Part shown: positions 43,108 through 55,936 of the stretch, piece after piece
Position numbering within the stretch: position 1 is the first letter of the stretch
Layout: the number at the start of each line of letters is the position of its first letter
The notes under the pieces: generated by a model
What the model was told of the DNA's origin: nothing
Database searches by the model: none
What the model saw: the letters and a program-made list of their open reading frames with translations, nothing else
From: Octopus bimaculoides
Lineage: Eukaryota
NCBI RefSeq assembly: GCF_001194135.2
Contig: NC_068996.1
Location: 25,324,925 to 25,388,924 of the forward strand
DNA: 64,000 bases
Reading direction: 5' to 3'
Position numbers and translations under genes: made by a program

Positions 43108-43175
43108 GCAAATAATAAGGATGTATCTCAACAACCAGACTTTAGTAGTTGGCTCCAAACTCAAAATGCAGAAAG
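43108..43175 (+). CDS. Klc: KLC exon 12 (ANNKDVSQQPDFSSWLQTQNAE + AG), TPR5-6 linker
   Basis: Acceptor TTTTCAG and donor AG|GTTCGT; 68 nt, phase 0 to 2. It joins exon 13 to give (E)SPTV and keeps the linker aromatic-x-x-W motif. Confidence 0.9.
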
Positions 43176-45479
43176 GTTCGTTTCACTATATATTTGCCTT
43201 ACATTTTTTACCACTAGACATCACATACCACTTGTTTTTACATGATATACTACTGTTTTTGTTTTCTCATCTCCATTGCATGTTTGTTTGGCTATTTTGC
43301 AATAGAAGAGTATTAACAATGTAACATAATTTTAAACAAGTATTTTTTCTGTTGAAAAATGTACACCATGAGTAAAACTCATAATAAACTTTCTTTTGTT
43401 TCTAAATTTTAACATTGTTTGCTATTAAAAAGAAGAGATGAAAATTCTTCTCTTAAAAATTTGTAAATTGTAGCTGAATTTAACATTTTTATGTCTGTTT
43501 TCCCATGCTGGTATGGGTCAGGTCTGCATGATCTCTTTTTCCTGCTGTCTTTTTGTCTTTAGTCATTTACTCTGCAAATTCCAACTATCTTAAGTCAATT
43601 TTTTAACTGATAAACTTTGCAAAAGAATGGTATGTATTTTGTTAAAATTCCATTTGTCAGGGAAAACATCCTGACATTTAATCAAAATGTAACCATAGAA
43701 TTCAAGAAAACCTACTAATTGCTTCTACTTCAAATTTTTTGGCATTTAATCACATTAACTACACTTTTTCCATCATTCATTGGAAGGGTCCTATTTCCAT
43801 TTTCCTGTTAGGTATTTTTAAGGACACAATGTTCATTTCTATGACTGGCACCCTAACTTTAACACTCATTATTCAATTAATCTTCTCCTACAAGTCTTTC
43901 TTTATATCTGTCAACTAGCAGTATCTCTCATTTCGATCTAGTTTGTTTACACTTTTTTTATAGCTTAATTCAAGCAGTCAGGACTTCATTGAGCCACCAC
44001 TTAATAAAATTTTTCTTGGCTGCTGAATATGACTCTGAAAGCTCAGAAGACAGCTAGGAGTGAGAGGGATAAAGCACATTGTTAGAAAAAAACCAAAACT
44101 TTCGGGAATTTGTGCACAAATGTTTGAAAAATAGCTGTCTTAGCAAAAGTTCCTATTCATATGAGCAAAAATAAAACCAAAAATTTCCTCTAAGCAACCA
44201 ACACAGAGAATATAAAAGCATTCGCTTTTTTTTTTTTTTTTTTTGCATTAACTCTAAATAAACAGAAAAGTTTGTATATGATAAATTTTTTAACGCATTA
44301 TAGTTAGCTCAAGGTAATTTCTATACTGGGTATTTTCCAGTCGAGAGAATTTTCAGTGCTTTGTATGTTCAGCAATGTTTTTACTTTTGCATATATATTT
44401 TAACTTACACATATTAAACAGATTTGATAATTTTTAATCTATCAGACTTTATATTACTATTAAATAAAGCATACTGCTTTTTTAGCTCTTCCATCTGAAA
44501 AGACTAGTATTTGCAAATAAATTACTTAGCTACACAAATTGTTTATAACAATAACAAAGTTGTAAGAAGGAAATTATAAATGTCTTGCTCAAAGTATAGC
44601 ATAGTGTTATCATATGACCCTTGAGGATATATTTGATAATAATCATTTCTTTATTTTATTAACCTTAAAAAGAAAAAAAAAAATCATGTTGATTTACTTT
44701 ATTGACTGACCACAAATGTGAAATGCTAGTTAGAAACAGTGTGGAGAGAGTTTATTACAAAAAGGATGAGATCAACAAACCAGTAGATGTTTATAAGTAG
44801 TTAATGATAAATAGTAATTACAAGAAAGGATCTTCATAAATTGAGGACAAGCAACCATTTAGGTGGTTGGGGGTCCTCCATGCCATTCTAGATTAGCCTG
44901 ACACACTAAAGGCAAGTGTCTTCTGTTCTTACTACCAGACCACCTAGTTTTAGTATGCTTATTTTATCATTATCATGTATATTTTGATAAAACTTCCATT
45001 GCCACTGGTCTGAGAGAGATAAGAAATGAAAGAATTTGTGCTCTAATCTGATTAGTAGTACACCCTGGAATGATGTAGAGGTTTCAAAGATAACTTCCTA
45101 ACATTTCTGAGTTAGACTGGTTTTCCTGCTTTGCAAACAACTTTGTTTTATGTTCTACATCAAACAAAGTGGTTAAGAACCATTCTTACTACAAGTATGT
45201 CATAAGTGGTATCTTTTCTCTTTACCATTTTTAATACTACTTTCCATTTATAATTAAATTAGTCTTTAACCTTAATATAAACCTTATACCACTTTTTCCA
45301 GCTATTGAAGTGGTAGTGATTCCAGTGAAAGTTAAATGTAGTTTAAGAAAACCAGTTGAATTGTTTAAAATCAATTGTCTAAAATACTCATATGTCTCTA
45401 TTGACAATAGCATAATGCCAATCATGTAATGACTTTGTCTACATAGTGTTTTTTATATAATTGTTACTCTGTATAGGAG

Positions 45480-46015
45480 CTTTGGAGAAAAAATGCCATG
45501 CAGTATTTTCTCTGGCTCTTTACAATTCAACTTCACCTTTTGTCCTTCTAAAGTTGACAAAATTAAGTACCAGTCCTGTAATTGGGCTGATATAATCAAA
45601 ACCCTCCCCAAAATGTCTGGCCTTGTGTCAGTGTTAATGTTACAAATGATTAGGATGGTGGATTGACAAAATCGTCAATGTCAGATTAAATGTCTTGTAT
45701 TTTTTTCTAGCATTTACATTGTCAGTTCAAATTCCACGGATCAGATTTGCCTTTCAGCCCTTTACGGTTGATAACATAAAATATTGATCATTTACCTGGA
45801 TTGGTGTAATTGACTAGCCCCACTGCATTCAAATTTCTGGTTTTGTTAAAAGCAATTATTATTATTTTGAAGGTAAAATACTTAGCAGTATTTCATCCAT
45901 TTTATGTTCAGAGTTCAAATTCTGCCAAGGTTGACTTTGTCTTTCATCCTTTTGGGGTTGATGAAATAAGTACCAGTTATGCCCCAAATTGCAGGCCTTG
46001 TGCCTATAGTAGAAA
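45480..46015 (+). mobile_element. Cluster of three degenerate SINE family A copies in tandem orientation
   Basis: Three successive TTCAA...CCTTT...GTTGA(C/T)A...TACCAG/CCTTGTG cores near 45520, 45730 and 45910; the last is the best preserved. Confidence 0.65.
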
Positions 46016-46847
46016 GGATTATTGTTATTATTTCTTAAATGTTTAGCTACAAAAACATGCAATATGATGTCTGGTTCGCTGCAAATATCAAATCATAATT
46101 GAACAGTTAGGGAACAAATTTCTTCTCTCATTTACACAACTTAGTAACAATAGCGATAATGTGAAGAGAATGAAATAGTGTTTTCTTATTTTTTTTATTT
46201 TTGTTTAAATACTAATCCCAGAAGTTTTGTGGGTAAGATTGAATATTTATTTATGGAATTAGCATTAATTAGTGTTGATTACAAGACCTTCAATATTTTA
46301 ATTAGAATTTTTGACAGGATGTTGCAAATTGTGTATTAGTTTTGCTTTGGAAAATGGAACTGTAAACAAACGTAGAGTTAATTTCTTCTTTACACAAAAG
46401 AAAACAAGTTTTTCCTGTTTTGTATTTTTGGTTATTTAATTTTTTTAAGAAAATATTTTCTTCATCCCTGTGCACAATTACAAGTGTGGGGTGGGGGGGG
46501 GAGTGAAATGAAATTGAACAAATTATTAATATTGGTCCATTTTATTGAGCTGGATCCTCTGACCATGCCAGCATGGAAAAACAGATGATAAAAAGATGGG
46601 AAAAAAAATATTAATATTTTTNNNNNNNNNNNNNNNNNNNNNNNNNNNNNNNNNNNNNNNNNNNNNNNNNNNNNNNNNNNNNNNNNNNNNNNNNNNNNNN
46701 NNNNNNNNNNNNNNNNNNNNNNNNNNNNNNNNNNNNNNNNNNNNNNNNNNNNNNNNNNNNNNNNNNNNNNNNNNNNNNNNNNNNNNNNNNNNNNNNNNNN
46801 NNNNNNNNNNNNNNNNNNNNNNNNNNNNNNNNNNNNNNNNNNNNNNN

Positions 46848-46902
<55 letters not shown>

Positions 46903-47085
46903 ATGTGTGTGTGTGTGTATATATTTATATATATATATGTATATGTGTATATGTATATATGTGTATGTGTATATATATATATGTATGTATATATATGTAT
47001 ATATGTATGTATATATGTATGTATGTATATGTATGTATGTATGTATGTATGTGTATATACATATACACACACACACACACGTATA
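46848..47085. repeat. (TA)n/(TG)n/(TATG)n compound microsatellite next to an assembly gap
   Basis: Visible directly. Confidence 0.95.
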
Positions 47086-50000
47086 CATTTTTAAAATTCA
47101 ACTCTTTATTTTAATTATTGTTACTTTTCTTTATTTGGTCAAGGGGGAATGTTTGGGGGGATTTTTTCTCCTTTTTTAAAGTTTTTTTTAAAAAAATACA
47201 TTTATGCTATAAGCATTAGTTAATATCAAGCTTTAATTATGATTAACTGTAACAGTTTAAATTTACTTGTTTTGTTTCTTACTATTTCTAACCAATCTCA
47301 GAACAGAATAGGTTCCAAGCAGCAATAAGTAGACTTCTGATTTTCATCAGTGATTAATCATAATCCCATCCCTCCCTCCATCCAAAAAAAAAAATAATAA
47401 AAAGCGTTTTATACCTATAGCAACTGTTGGTCCATTGCAAGCACTCATAAAACATGCACAGATATCTTTAATTTCTGATTGCAAATTACTAATCATCATT
47501 GCTTCAATATAAAATGTTTTTATTGAAACTATTACATCCGTTATGAAATTACTAAAACTTTTTTTTTTCCAATTGTTTGTTACAACACTGCTGCTGTTAT
47601 TTATCTTCTGCTTACCTTTTTTTTTTTTCATTGTTCTTTGACATATCTGGGTTGATTACAACTTGCTTTTAATTATTTGTTTGCCAAATTAATTGGGAAA
47701 TATTTTAGCAAGTTCATTGACTGATATCACAATAGGAAATCAGGAATCTTCAGCAGCACTACTACATCCAGTTTTGAATGAAATTTTATAAAGGTCTAAG
47801 AAAACATACAAATATTTCTGTTGAAGATAATGCTTAATTCTGGGTTCAGGTTTTGCATTGTTAGATATCTTAGTAGTCAGGAAAATATGTCTTCATAATC
47901 ACAAGAACTGTGCTTACCAGTGGTAACAATTAAATTTAATGTTTAGGCAGCCACACTGTTTTAACTAAATGTTAGAAAATGAGAATAATTTGTGCAAAAC
48001 TGATTCTCAGAATTTCAATTGTTGTGTAAGTGAGCCCATTGTTTTTTCTGAAAGGAGTAACAGATGATAGATGCTATCCCATGTTTAACATGAAACTCAA
48101 ATGATCGAGTATAAAACTAGGTCATTTTTTTTTTAATAACGAGCTTGTATTGTTATTGCAATCAAGCTTTTATCAAATTTTTGAACTCTGTGAAACATCT
48201 TGCACATGCAACCCCAAAATTCCAAACATTACATCTAACCTAAGCAAAGCAGATTAGCTGCAGTGTTGAGCTTTGTCTGTTAAGGGTAGTGTGGGGGAGT
48301 ACATTCAATTACTTTAACAATGATGTTACTACATGAGACATGTAATATTTTCCAAAGTTAGCAATTTGCTTCAAAAAACTGTTTTCAGACAATTAAGAAA
48401 TGTTCAAAGTGCAACCAGAATTGACTGATTTCTAAGAAACCATTTCCCAGGGATGTTTCCATGGATGGATGAACAATTGGAAGCAATTAATAATTGTGAA
48501 AGACGCAGGATTAGAATTCAGTTCACAATAAAATTCCCTGCATTATTCTTGTTTCATGGCAGACATCAAAAAATTCAATATTAGCATAAGTACTGTTTTT
48601 TAAAATATACATGATACATCTGAATATACCAATAAGACTTGCTGTTGTTGAAATATATAATTTATGCAGAACAATTGTGGTAGAACAATTACAAGAAATA
48701 TGAAAGTTGTTCCATTTTGAAAGTTATTCCTAAATGGAAATAACATGTCTGAAAGATTGTATTATACAATCTGAGTTTGATCCTTATAACTACAGACATT
48801 ATGTATTATGTGATAGTCTGTTTAATTTAATGTGACAGGTTGAAAATGTGTGCATCTTTGCTCCAGCATTGAGTCCTTGGCTGCATGAAGAGTGTGCAGT
48901 TATAAAATCAGGTGGAGCACAAACTCCAATGCCCAGCATATAGAAATGATTGTAGCACACTATTTGATTTCAAGAATCCATTAATATTTAGAAGGCTCAC
49001 AAATAGTTTATGCTGAGAGTTTTTCAAATAACTTATATTTATTATAGTGGGAGGGACAGAGCTTGGAATCACTCTTAAATTTGAAACCTTGTCTTGACCA
49101 AATAAAGGATGTGACATGCATGAGTGGTTTGCATGGATAAATGTCAATTGCTTAGTTCTTTTTAATAGTTTGAAATATATTTTTATGTTACACTATTGAC
49201 AACAATGATAGCAACAAAAACAATAATTACATACCTAAGTACCTTTATTATTTATGACATTGAGTGTGAGGTTGGTTATGTAGTATATATTGTTAGTTTA
49301 TTACAGATGATTAGTTTAATGGAAGAAGTATGCATGTAAGCATTAGTTGTAAGAGAATAGGAAATGGAGTGAAGAGTTTCTTTTCTGTTTTCATTATGGA
49401 CTTGGCTTTCTGTAGACATTTTAGCAATCTCTAAAATTTCTTCATTTACTAATGTAGTTAAGGTTACCTCTTTAGATTTTCTTTTATTGGGTAATTGTTC
49501 ACATTAGACACCTTCTCCAACAATCTTTGACAACATGTTTGAATTTGCAGAGTCATTCCATTCATACCAGCATGGAAAAACCCAAATAAAAATGTTTAAA
49601 CGAAGACCTCTTAGTGGAGGCAGATTTTGTTTATGTACTTTCTGAACTTGATTTTTTTGCTTTCAGGCTCAGATATTATTCTTTATTCTTCTTTTCCACT
49701 ATATCTAAACTTATTTCTATCACCCTATCTTCATCGCATTATATTCATTAAACACACATATCCCTTATTTTAACTGCACATCATTCTTACTGATCCATAT
49801 ATAGTGTCCATACTTCATAACTGTAATTTCCTTCATTTATATTTTTGCTGTTTTTGCTTTTGTTTCATTACTATTCCATTTTCAAAAGTCAGAACTAGTA
49901 CTCAAAAGGTTAGAAGTTCAAATCCTGTCGCCAACAAAGTGCTGTACCCATGCCAATAAGAGTTTTCTTTCAAACAGCATTTTCTTACATGTTATAAACT

Positions 50001-50419
50001 GGCATCACATGAAAGTGCATCTCTCTGTTGTGGCTGCAGGCAACACTGAAATATTCAGTGGGTTTATTAGTAGCTAGCAGTGAGGAGTTCAATTCCTATT
50101 GATAGATCTTGAGTGAACTCAAACCAAACTTACTTGTCCTAGTCTTCACATGGAGCTCTTATGATGCAATGTTTTGCAGAACTTCCCATGTAATTCCATT
50201 CTAGAACTCTGAAAACCTCTGCTTTTATTCTCTTACTCTTACTTTATGTTTCATTTATCATAATCACTTATAGATAGTCTTGAGAAAGTTGTCTACATTT
50301 CATTAAGCTTTCGTATTTAGTTGTAGAATATTCTTAATTATGAATTTGTTTTGAATACCATAAATAAACAAATAAAAAAATGTTTGTAGGTTAATTTCTG
50401 TTTCACTATTTTATCACAG

Positions 50420-50428
50420 TGATAAGAG
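50420..50428 (+). CDS. Klc: Candidate 9-nt microexon (T GAT AAG AG), inserting DKS before PTV
   Basis: Acceptor TTAATTTCTGTTTCACTATTTTATCACAG and consensus donor AG|GTAAGT. Symmetric phase 2-2 and stop-free only in the frame required by exons 12 and 13. Confidence 0.55.
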
Positions 50429-51403
50429 GTAAGTTGTTTTACATTTAGAAACTAACTATTTACTCATCTTAATATTATAGTTGCTCACAAATTGATACAA
50501 GTTTCTTATATAGTTTCTTACTGCAAAAATAATTGTCATAGGAGCTTTTATTTATTTATTTAGTTTTTGTGTTTTGTCTAAATGATAAAATAGCAAATAT
50601 ATATCTTTGATTATGTAAAGTAATGTATGTGTGAATGTGATGCTATTTGTGTTATTAGAGCAACTTCCTCTGGAAGTAGTCAGTACACATTTTTACAATA
50701 ATCTGAGCTAGGTTATGTACATACATGTATATTACCCAAATTATATATATATTTACTCACATACATTAATCAATGATATGTTGAACTTTCTGCAATTTAA
50801 AGAGCAAATTAAAAGCAAGATAAATTTAATTTAAATTTTGTTAAAATCAGTGGTGAGAATATCTTTTTTCTTTAGCATAAGGCTTAATTTTGTGAGTGAA
50901 AGAAGAGTAGCTGTGTAATTGGATTTATTACAATGGCTAATATTGATTTTATTAATACTGGAATTAATTTTAGGATATTTTTATTGTTTGTGGGTGTGTT
51001 GACAAAATAATGTACCAGATACTTGGCTTCTGGTTAACATGTCTACATTCCCTTTGTTGGTTTTGTATTTTAACTATTGCCAAGATGCTTAGCTTTACTA
51101 GCATATGACTTGATATGCCTAATGCAAAAACAAAAAAAAAAACAAAACAAAAATCATAATCTTAACACTTAATTTAAGTAACTCATAATATTTACTAATG
51201 TTTTAAATTTATCCTGAATTATTTCATTGTTTATTAAATCATTTATTGTAACAAATTTAGAACTTAATGAAAGTATCATACAACAATTTTTTTAAATGCT
51301 ATTTATCATTTGAATAACTAACTAACAAGGATTCAAGATTTCCAAATATTTCTGAATTATATATCAGAACTCTGGTCAGTCTATTTAGCATTAGATGTAA
51401 TAA

Positions 51404-51790
<387 letters not shown>

Positions 51791-51803
51791 TAGCCTGCAT
51801 TTG

Positions 51804-51847
<44 letters not shown>

Positions 51848-52649
51848 NNNNNNNNNNNNNNNNNNNNNNNNNNNNNNNNNNNNNNNNNNNNNNNNNNNNN
51901 NNNNNNNNNNNNNNNNNNNNNNNNNNNNNNNNNNNNNNNNNNNNNNNNNNNNNNNNNNNNNNNNNNNNNNNNNNNNNNNNNNNNNNNNNNNNNNNNNNNN
52001 NNNNNNNNNNNNNNNNNNNNNNNNNNNNNNNNNNNNNNNNNNNNNNNNNNNNNNNNNNNNNNNNNNNNNNNNNNNNNNNNNNNNNNNNNNNNNNNNNNNN
52101 NNNNNNNNNNNNNNNNNNNNNNNNNNNNNNNNNNNNNNNNNNNNNNNNNNNNNNNNNNNNNNNNNNNNNNNNNNNNNNNNNNNNNNNNNNNNNNNNNNNN
52201 NNNNNNNNNNNNNNNNNNNNNNNNNNNNNNNNNNNNNNNNNNNNNNNNNNNNNNNNNNNNNNNNNNNNNNNNNNNNNNNNNNNNNNNNNNNNNNNNNNNN
52301 NNNNNNNNNNNNNNNNNNNNNNNNNNNNNNNNNNNNNNNNNNNNNNNNNNNNNNNNNNNNNNNNNNNNNNNNNNNNNNNNNNNNNNNNNNNNNNNNNNNN
52401 NNNNNNNNNNNNNNNNNNNNNNNNNNNNNNNNNNNNNNNNNNNNNNNNNNNNNNNNNNNNNNNNNNNNNNNNNNNNNNNNNNNNNNNNNNNNNNNNNNNN
52501 NNNNNNNNNNNNNNNNNNNNNNNNNNNNNNNNNNNNNNNNNNNNNNNNNNNNNNNNNNNNNNNNNNNNNNNNNNNNNNNNNNNNNNNNNNNNNNNNNNNN
52601 NNNNNNNNNNNNNNNNNNNNNNNNNNNNNNNNNNNNNNNNNNNNNNNNN

Positions 52650-52975
52650 CCTGATCTAAAGATCTTTGTAAGTTGCCGAATTTCACAGATAATGACATAA
52701 TTACCTCGTGCTACAGATGAAAGCAAAGCAACAGTTAAGGAGTGGTATATTTTACCACGACAGACACGTACACAGCATCGAATACCACGAAGTGAGTGAA
52801 AGCTGCTTTCACTGTATTGTCCGGTGTCTGGTAATCCCTTCGATACCGACATCAAACCAAAAAAAGAATCCTGAGCACAGAGTGTGGGTAATTATGTCAA
52901 ATGTCACTGGCAATGTGAATTCAGCTGATTGCAACTGTTAAAGCAAGTCACTGAGCATGCGTACATGTCATACGG
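52650..52975 (+). mobile_element. CpG-rich fragment encoding a SWIM-zinc-finger-like peptide (probable DNA-transposon remnant)
   Basis: ORF 52708-52941 ends CIVRCLVIPS...RVWVIMSNVTGNVNSADCNC, resembling the region leading into the CxC of SWIM fingers in transposon-associated YqaJ-type nuclease proteins; a stop follows. The family is uncertain. Confidence 0.5.
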
Positions 52976-53204
52976 GAGAGTTCCAATCAGGGGTGGATAA
53001 CACCTTATAGGAAAGCCCTATACCTACATAATTCTTTTTATGCAATTGCTATTTCTGTATTACTACAGTTTACATAATATTAAATGATTAAATTCAGGAC
53101 TTTTATTATAATAAACTAGTAGCTCATGAAATACATTGTGATAAAATTTGTATTTTTATATGGCTACTCAATTTCACAACCTAATTATTATTATTAATAA
53201 ATAA

Positions 53205-53402
53205 GGTGACAAACTGCCAGAATTGTTAACATGCCAGGCAAAATGCTTAGCGGCATTTTGTCTGTCTTTACATTCTTAGTTCAAATACTGCTGATGCCTT
53301 TCATCCTTTCGGGGTCAATAAAATAAGTACCAGTTGAGCATTGGGGTTGATGTAATCGACTTACTCCTACCCAGAATTGCTGGCCTTATGCCAAAATGTG
53401 AC
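53205..53402 (+). mobile_element. tRNA-derived SINE family A
   Basis: CAGAATTGTTAACATGCCAGGCAAAATGCTTAGCGGC ... GCCTTTCATCCTTTCGGGGTCAATAAAATAAGTACCAG. Confidence 0.85.
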
Positions 53403-53972
53403 ATTATTATTATTTCATTTTATATTTTCTTATCACCACTGAAATTTTATTGCATCTTTATTGTATTTTTATCAAATAGAACTGTGACTTTTTGATTTTA
53501 AATTTTTTTAATAACTGAATATAAACCATTTTAGGGTTTGCATTTGGGCTTTCTATCTTAGACACACATACACACTGACACACATTCATGCGCATAATAT
53601 GCATGCACTTAAGTACATGGCAAACTGGAGAAAGGGTTGTTTTTTTTTAAAATCCATATTGCATATTTCAACATTTGGGATTTCAGTTTTTAGCGACTTT
53701 TAATTCTTTTACTAGAGGAGTTTGGAATATATAGGTGGTGATGTTGCTAGGTATTGTCAAAAGCATGTGTGCACTGCACTTTATTCTTTTATCATACAAT
53801 TCAGTTTTATTTCTAAGCTTTATTTTTATTTTCCATCACTTCCTCCTCATTTTATTTTCTTAGTGTTTAGTTAATATCAGTATCCTGGTTTATACATGTT
53901 ATCATGGGCCTCACAGCATAATACATAGCTAGTTCTGTGGGCCAGTGTGAAAGTATTGACTGAAAACTTACT

Positions 53973-54070
53973 TATTTACATTTGACGGATATTTGTCCTC
54001 ATCTTGTTTCAGCTGAAATGTTGTGTTAACAACAAACAAGATGAGGACAAATATCTGTCGAATGTAAATA
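53973..54070. repeat. Near-perfect inverted repeat (37-bp arms, 24-nt loop)
   Basis: TATTTACATTTGACGGATATTTGTCCTCATCTTGTTT pairs with AAACAAGATGAGGACAAATATCTGTCGAATGTAAATA. Confidence 0.95.
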
Positions 54071-54246
54071 ATGTACATAATTCCTCATCTCTTAAATATA
54101 GAACTGAAAACTTCCTAACATATTGAATGTAAATCAACCTTGGCACTCAAAATCATCATACTGGCTCTGAAAAATCCTTACCCTCCCTCATTTCTTTTTC
54201 TTCCTTTTTTTTTTTTTTTATTGGCATTTCTTTGGTTTCCTGTTAG

Positions 54247-54441
54247 GGTCTGGATGGAGTCAGGCAGCCCAAAATAAGTGAAGTTCTATGCAGTGACTAT
54301 TCTAAGGGCCAGTCCCCAAAAGACAAGAAACGTTCTCAAAGCAGAGATCGTAATCGTCGAAACTCAACGGATAGTGTCTCATATGAGAGAAGTGGTGATG
54401 GTGATGAAGTGAGTATCACTATGCATTGGTCAGGGGATGGG
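54247..54441 (+). CDS. Klc: KLC exon 14 (GLDGVRQPKISEVLCSDYSKGQSPKDKKRSQSRDRNRRNSTDSVSYERSGDGDE[VSITMHWSGDG]); donors after 54408 and 54441
   Basis: Acceptor TTCCTGTTAG. Two GTGAGT donors start at 54409 and 54442, both phase 0. VSITMHWSGDG resembles vertebrate KLC1 VSMSVEWNGDG (recalled). Confidence 0.9.
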
Positions 54442-54600
54442 GTGAGTATGAGTACAGAAAATATGGACACATTCCAACATAGATGTCATTGAAGGAGGAA
54501 GTAGATATTGTTAGCGTTACAGATATAATTAATGATAAATTAATTCTACATGGTTGTTGCTTCTCAGTCAGCTGCCATTCACTGCCTTTTTTAATTTTGC

Positions 54601-54647
<47 letters not shown>

Positions 54648-55884
54648 TCTCTNNNNNNNNNNNNNNNNNNNNNNNNNNNNNNNNNNNNNNNNNNNNNNNN
54701 NNNNNNNNNNNNNNNNNNNNNNNNNNNNNNNNNNNNNNNNNNNNNNNNNNNNNNNNNNNNNNNNNNNNNNNNNNNNNNNNNNNNNNNNNNNNNNNNNNNN
54801 NNNNNNNNNNNNNNNNNNNNNNNNNNNNNNNNNNNNNNNNNNNNNNNNNNNNNNNNNNNNNNNNNNNNNNNNNNNNNTATTATTTTGTTTCTTTTATAAA
54901 CACTTTCATGACGGGCCTGTTGGAATGTATCCTAGATTTTATTTTTGTTGTCTTTAGTGATTGCCAGTGGCAGGGCTTCATTCCCTAATGAATTAATCTG
55001 TGGATTTACAGGCAGACTGTACTTTAAATCCAAATCTGCTTTGATATGTTTCCTGCTGTCTTTATTTTATTAACTTATCCATTTAATTATTTTAAAATTG
55101 TTATTTTATTAATCTTTTTTTCTTTATTATTTTTTGACCTTAACATTCCTGCATATTTTAGTAAAAATTACTAACCCATACTTATTTAACAAAAAAAAAA
55201 AAAAAAGAAATTGCATTGCTTCATTATCCGTCTCCTCCTCTGACATGAAGCTTCCATTCATACCTTAGAACTTTTGATCTATATAGAGCTTCTCATCATA
55301 ATTTTTTTCCTTACCTCTTTTCTGTCGAAATATTCTTACCCTCTTAAAATCCTATCAGTTTAGATAATTTTCTTTTATAAACAAACTGCTTTTTTACTCC
55401 CTTATTTTTCAACCACTTTTTTATTCTTTTCTTCATGTTCTACTCTCTTCTCTCCTCCAATTCTTTTTCTCTCTTCAAATGATCTTCTTGCTTGAATCTG
55501 TTGCCCTGGAAATCACTGAAGACTCTGTACTCATATTCAACATTTCTTTAGGATGGTTCTTGTACATAATTTTACCCTTCCTTAATATGCATGTACCCTT
55601 TCAATGAGGATCGATACACTGTATTTGTGCATGTTGATATATGTCTAGATTTCATTCTTTGGCTGGCAACTCTTGCTCAACAGTATAACAAGTATTTTTC
55701 CATGACAAATGCTTTAAAATGTTTGACTTCAATATGAAATTTTGAAATTGTCTCTTTGACACAGTTATGTTTTTAAATATGATAAATTTATTTCTCGGAA
55801 ATTCTTAAAACTTGATGAAATTTCGAAGGAAAATAACAAAAGCCATGAAATGTTATTCATTTATATATACATATGTGTATGTGA

Positions 55885-55936
<52 letters not shown>

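Noticed and set aside
44308-44313. Possible 6-nt microexon CTCAAG|GTAATT
   Set aside because: Poor pyrimidine tract with a competing upstream AG; expected by chance.
47302-47330. Acceptor-like site followed by (N)RIGSKQQ* as a truncating terminal exon
   Set aside because: No homology or other support, and it would delete TPR6.
48839-48911. VENVCIFAPALSPWLHEE segment as a second exon 12 copy
   Set aside because: Only a WL match, and the donor phase is incompatible with exon 13.
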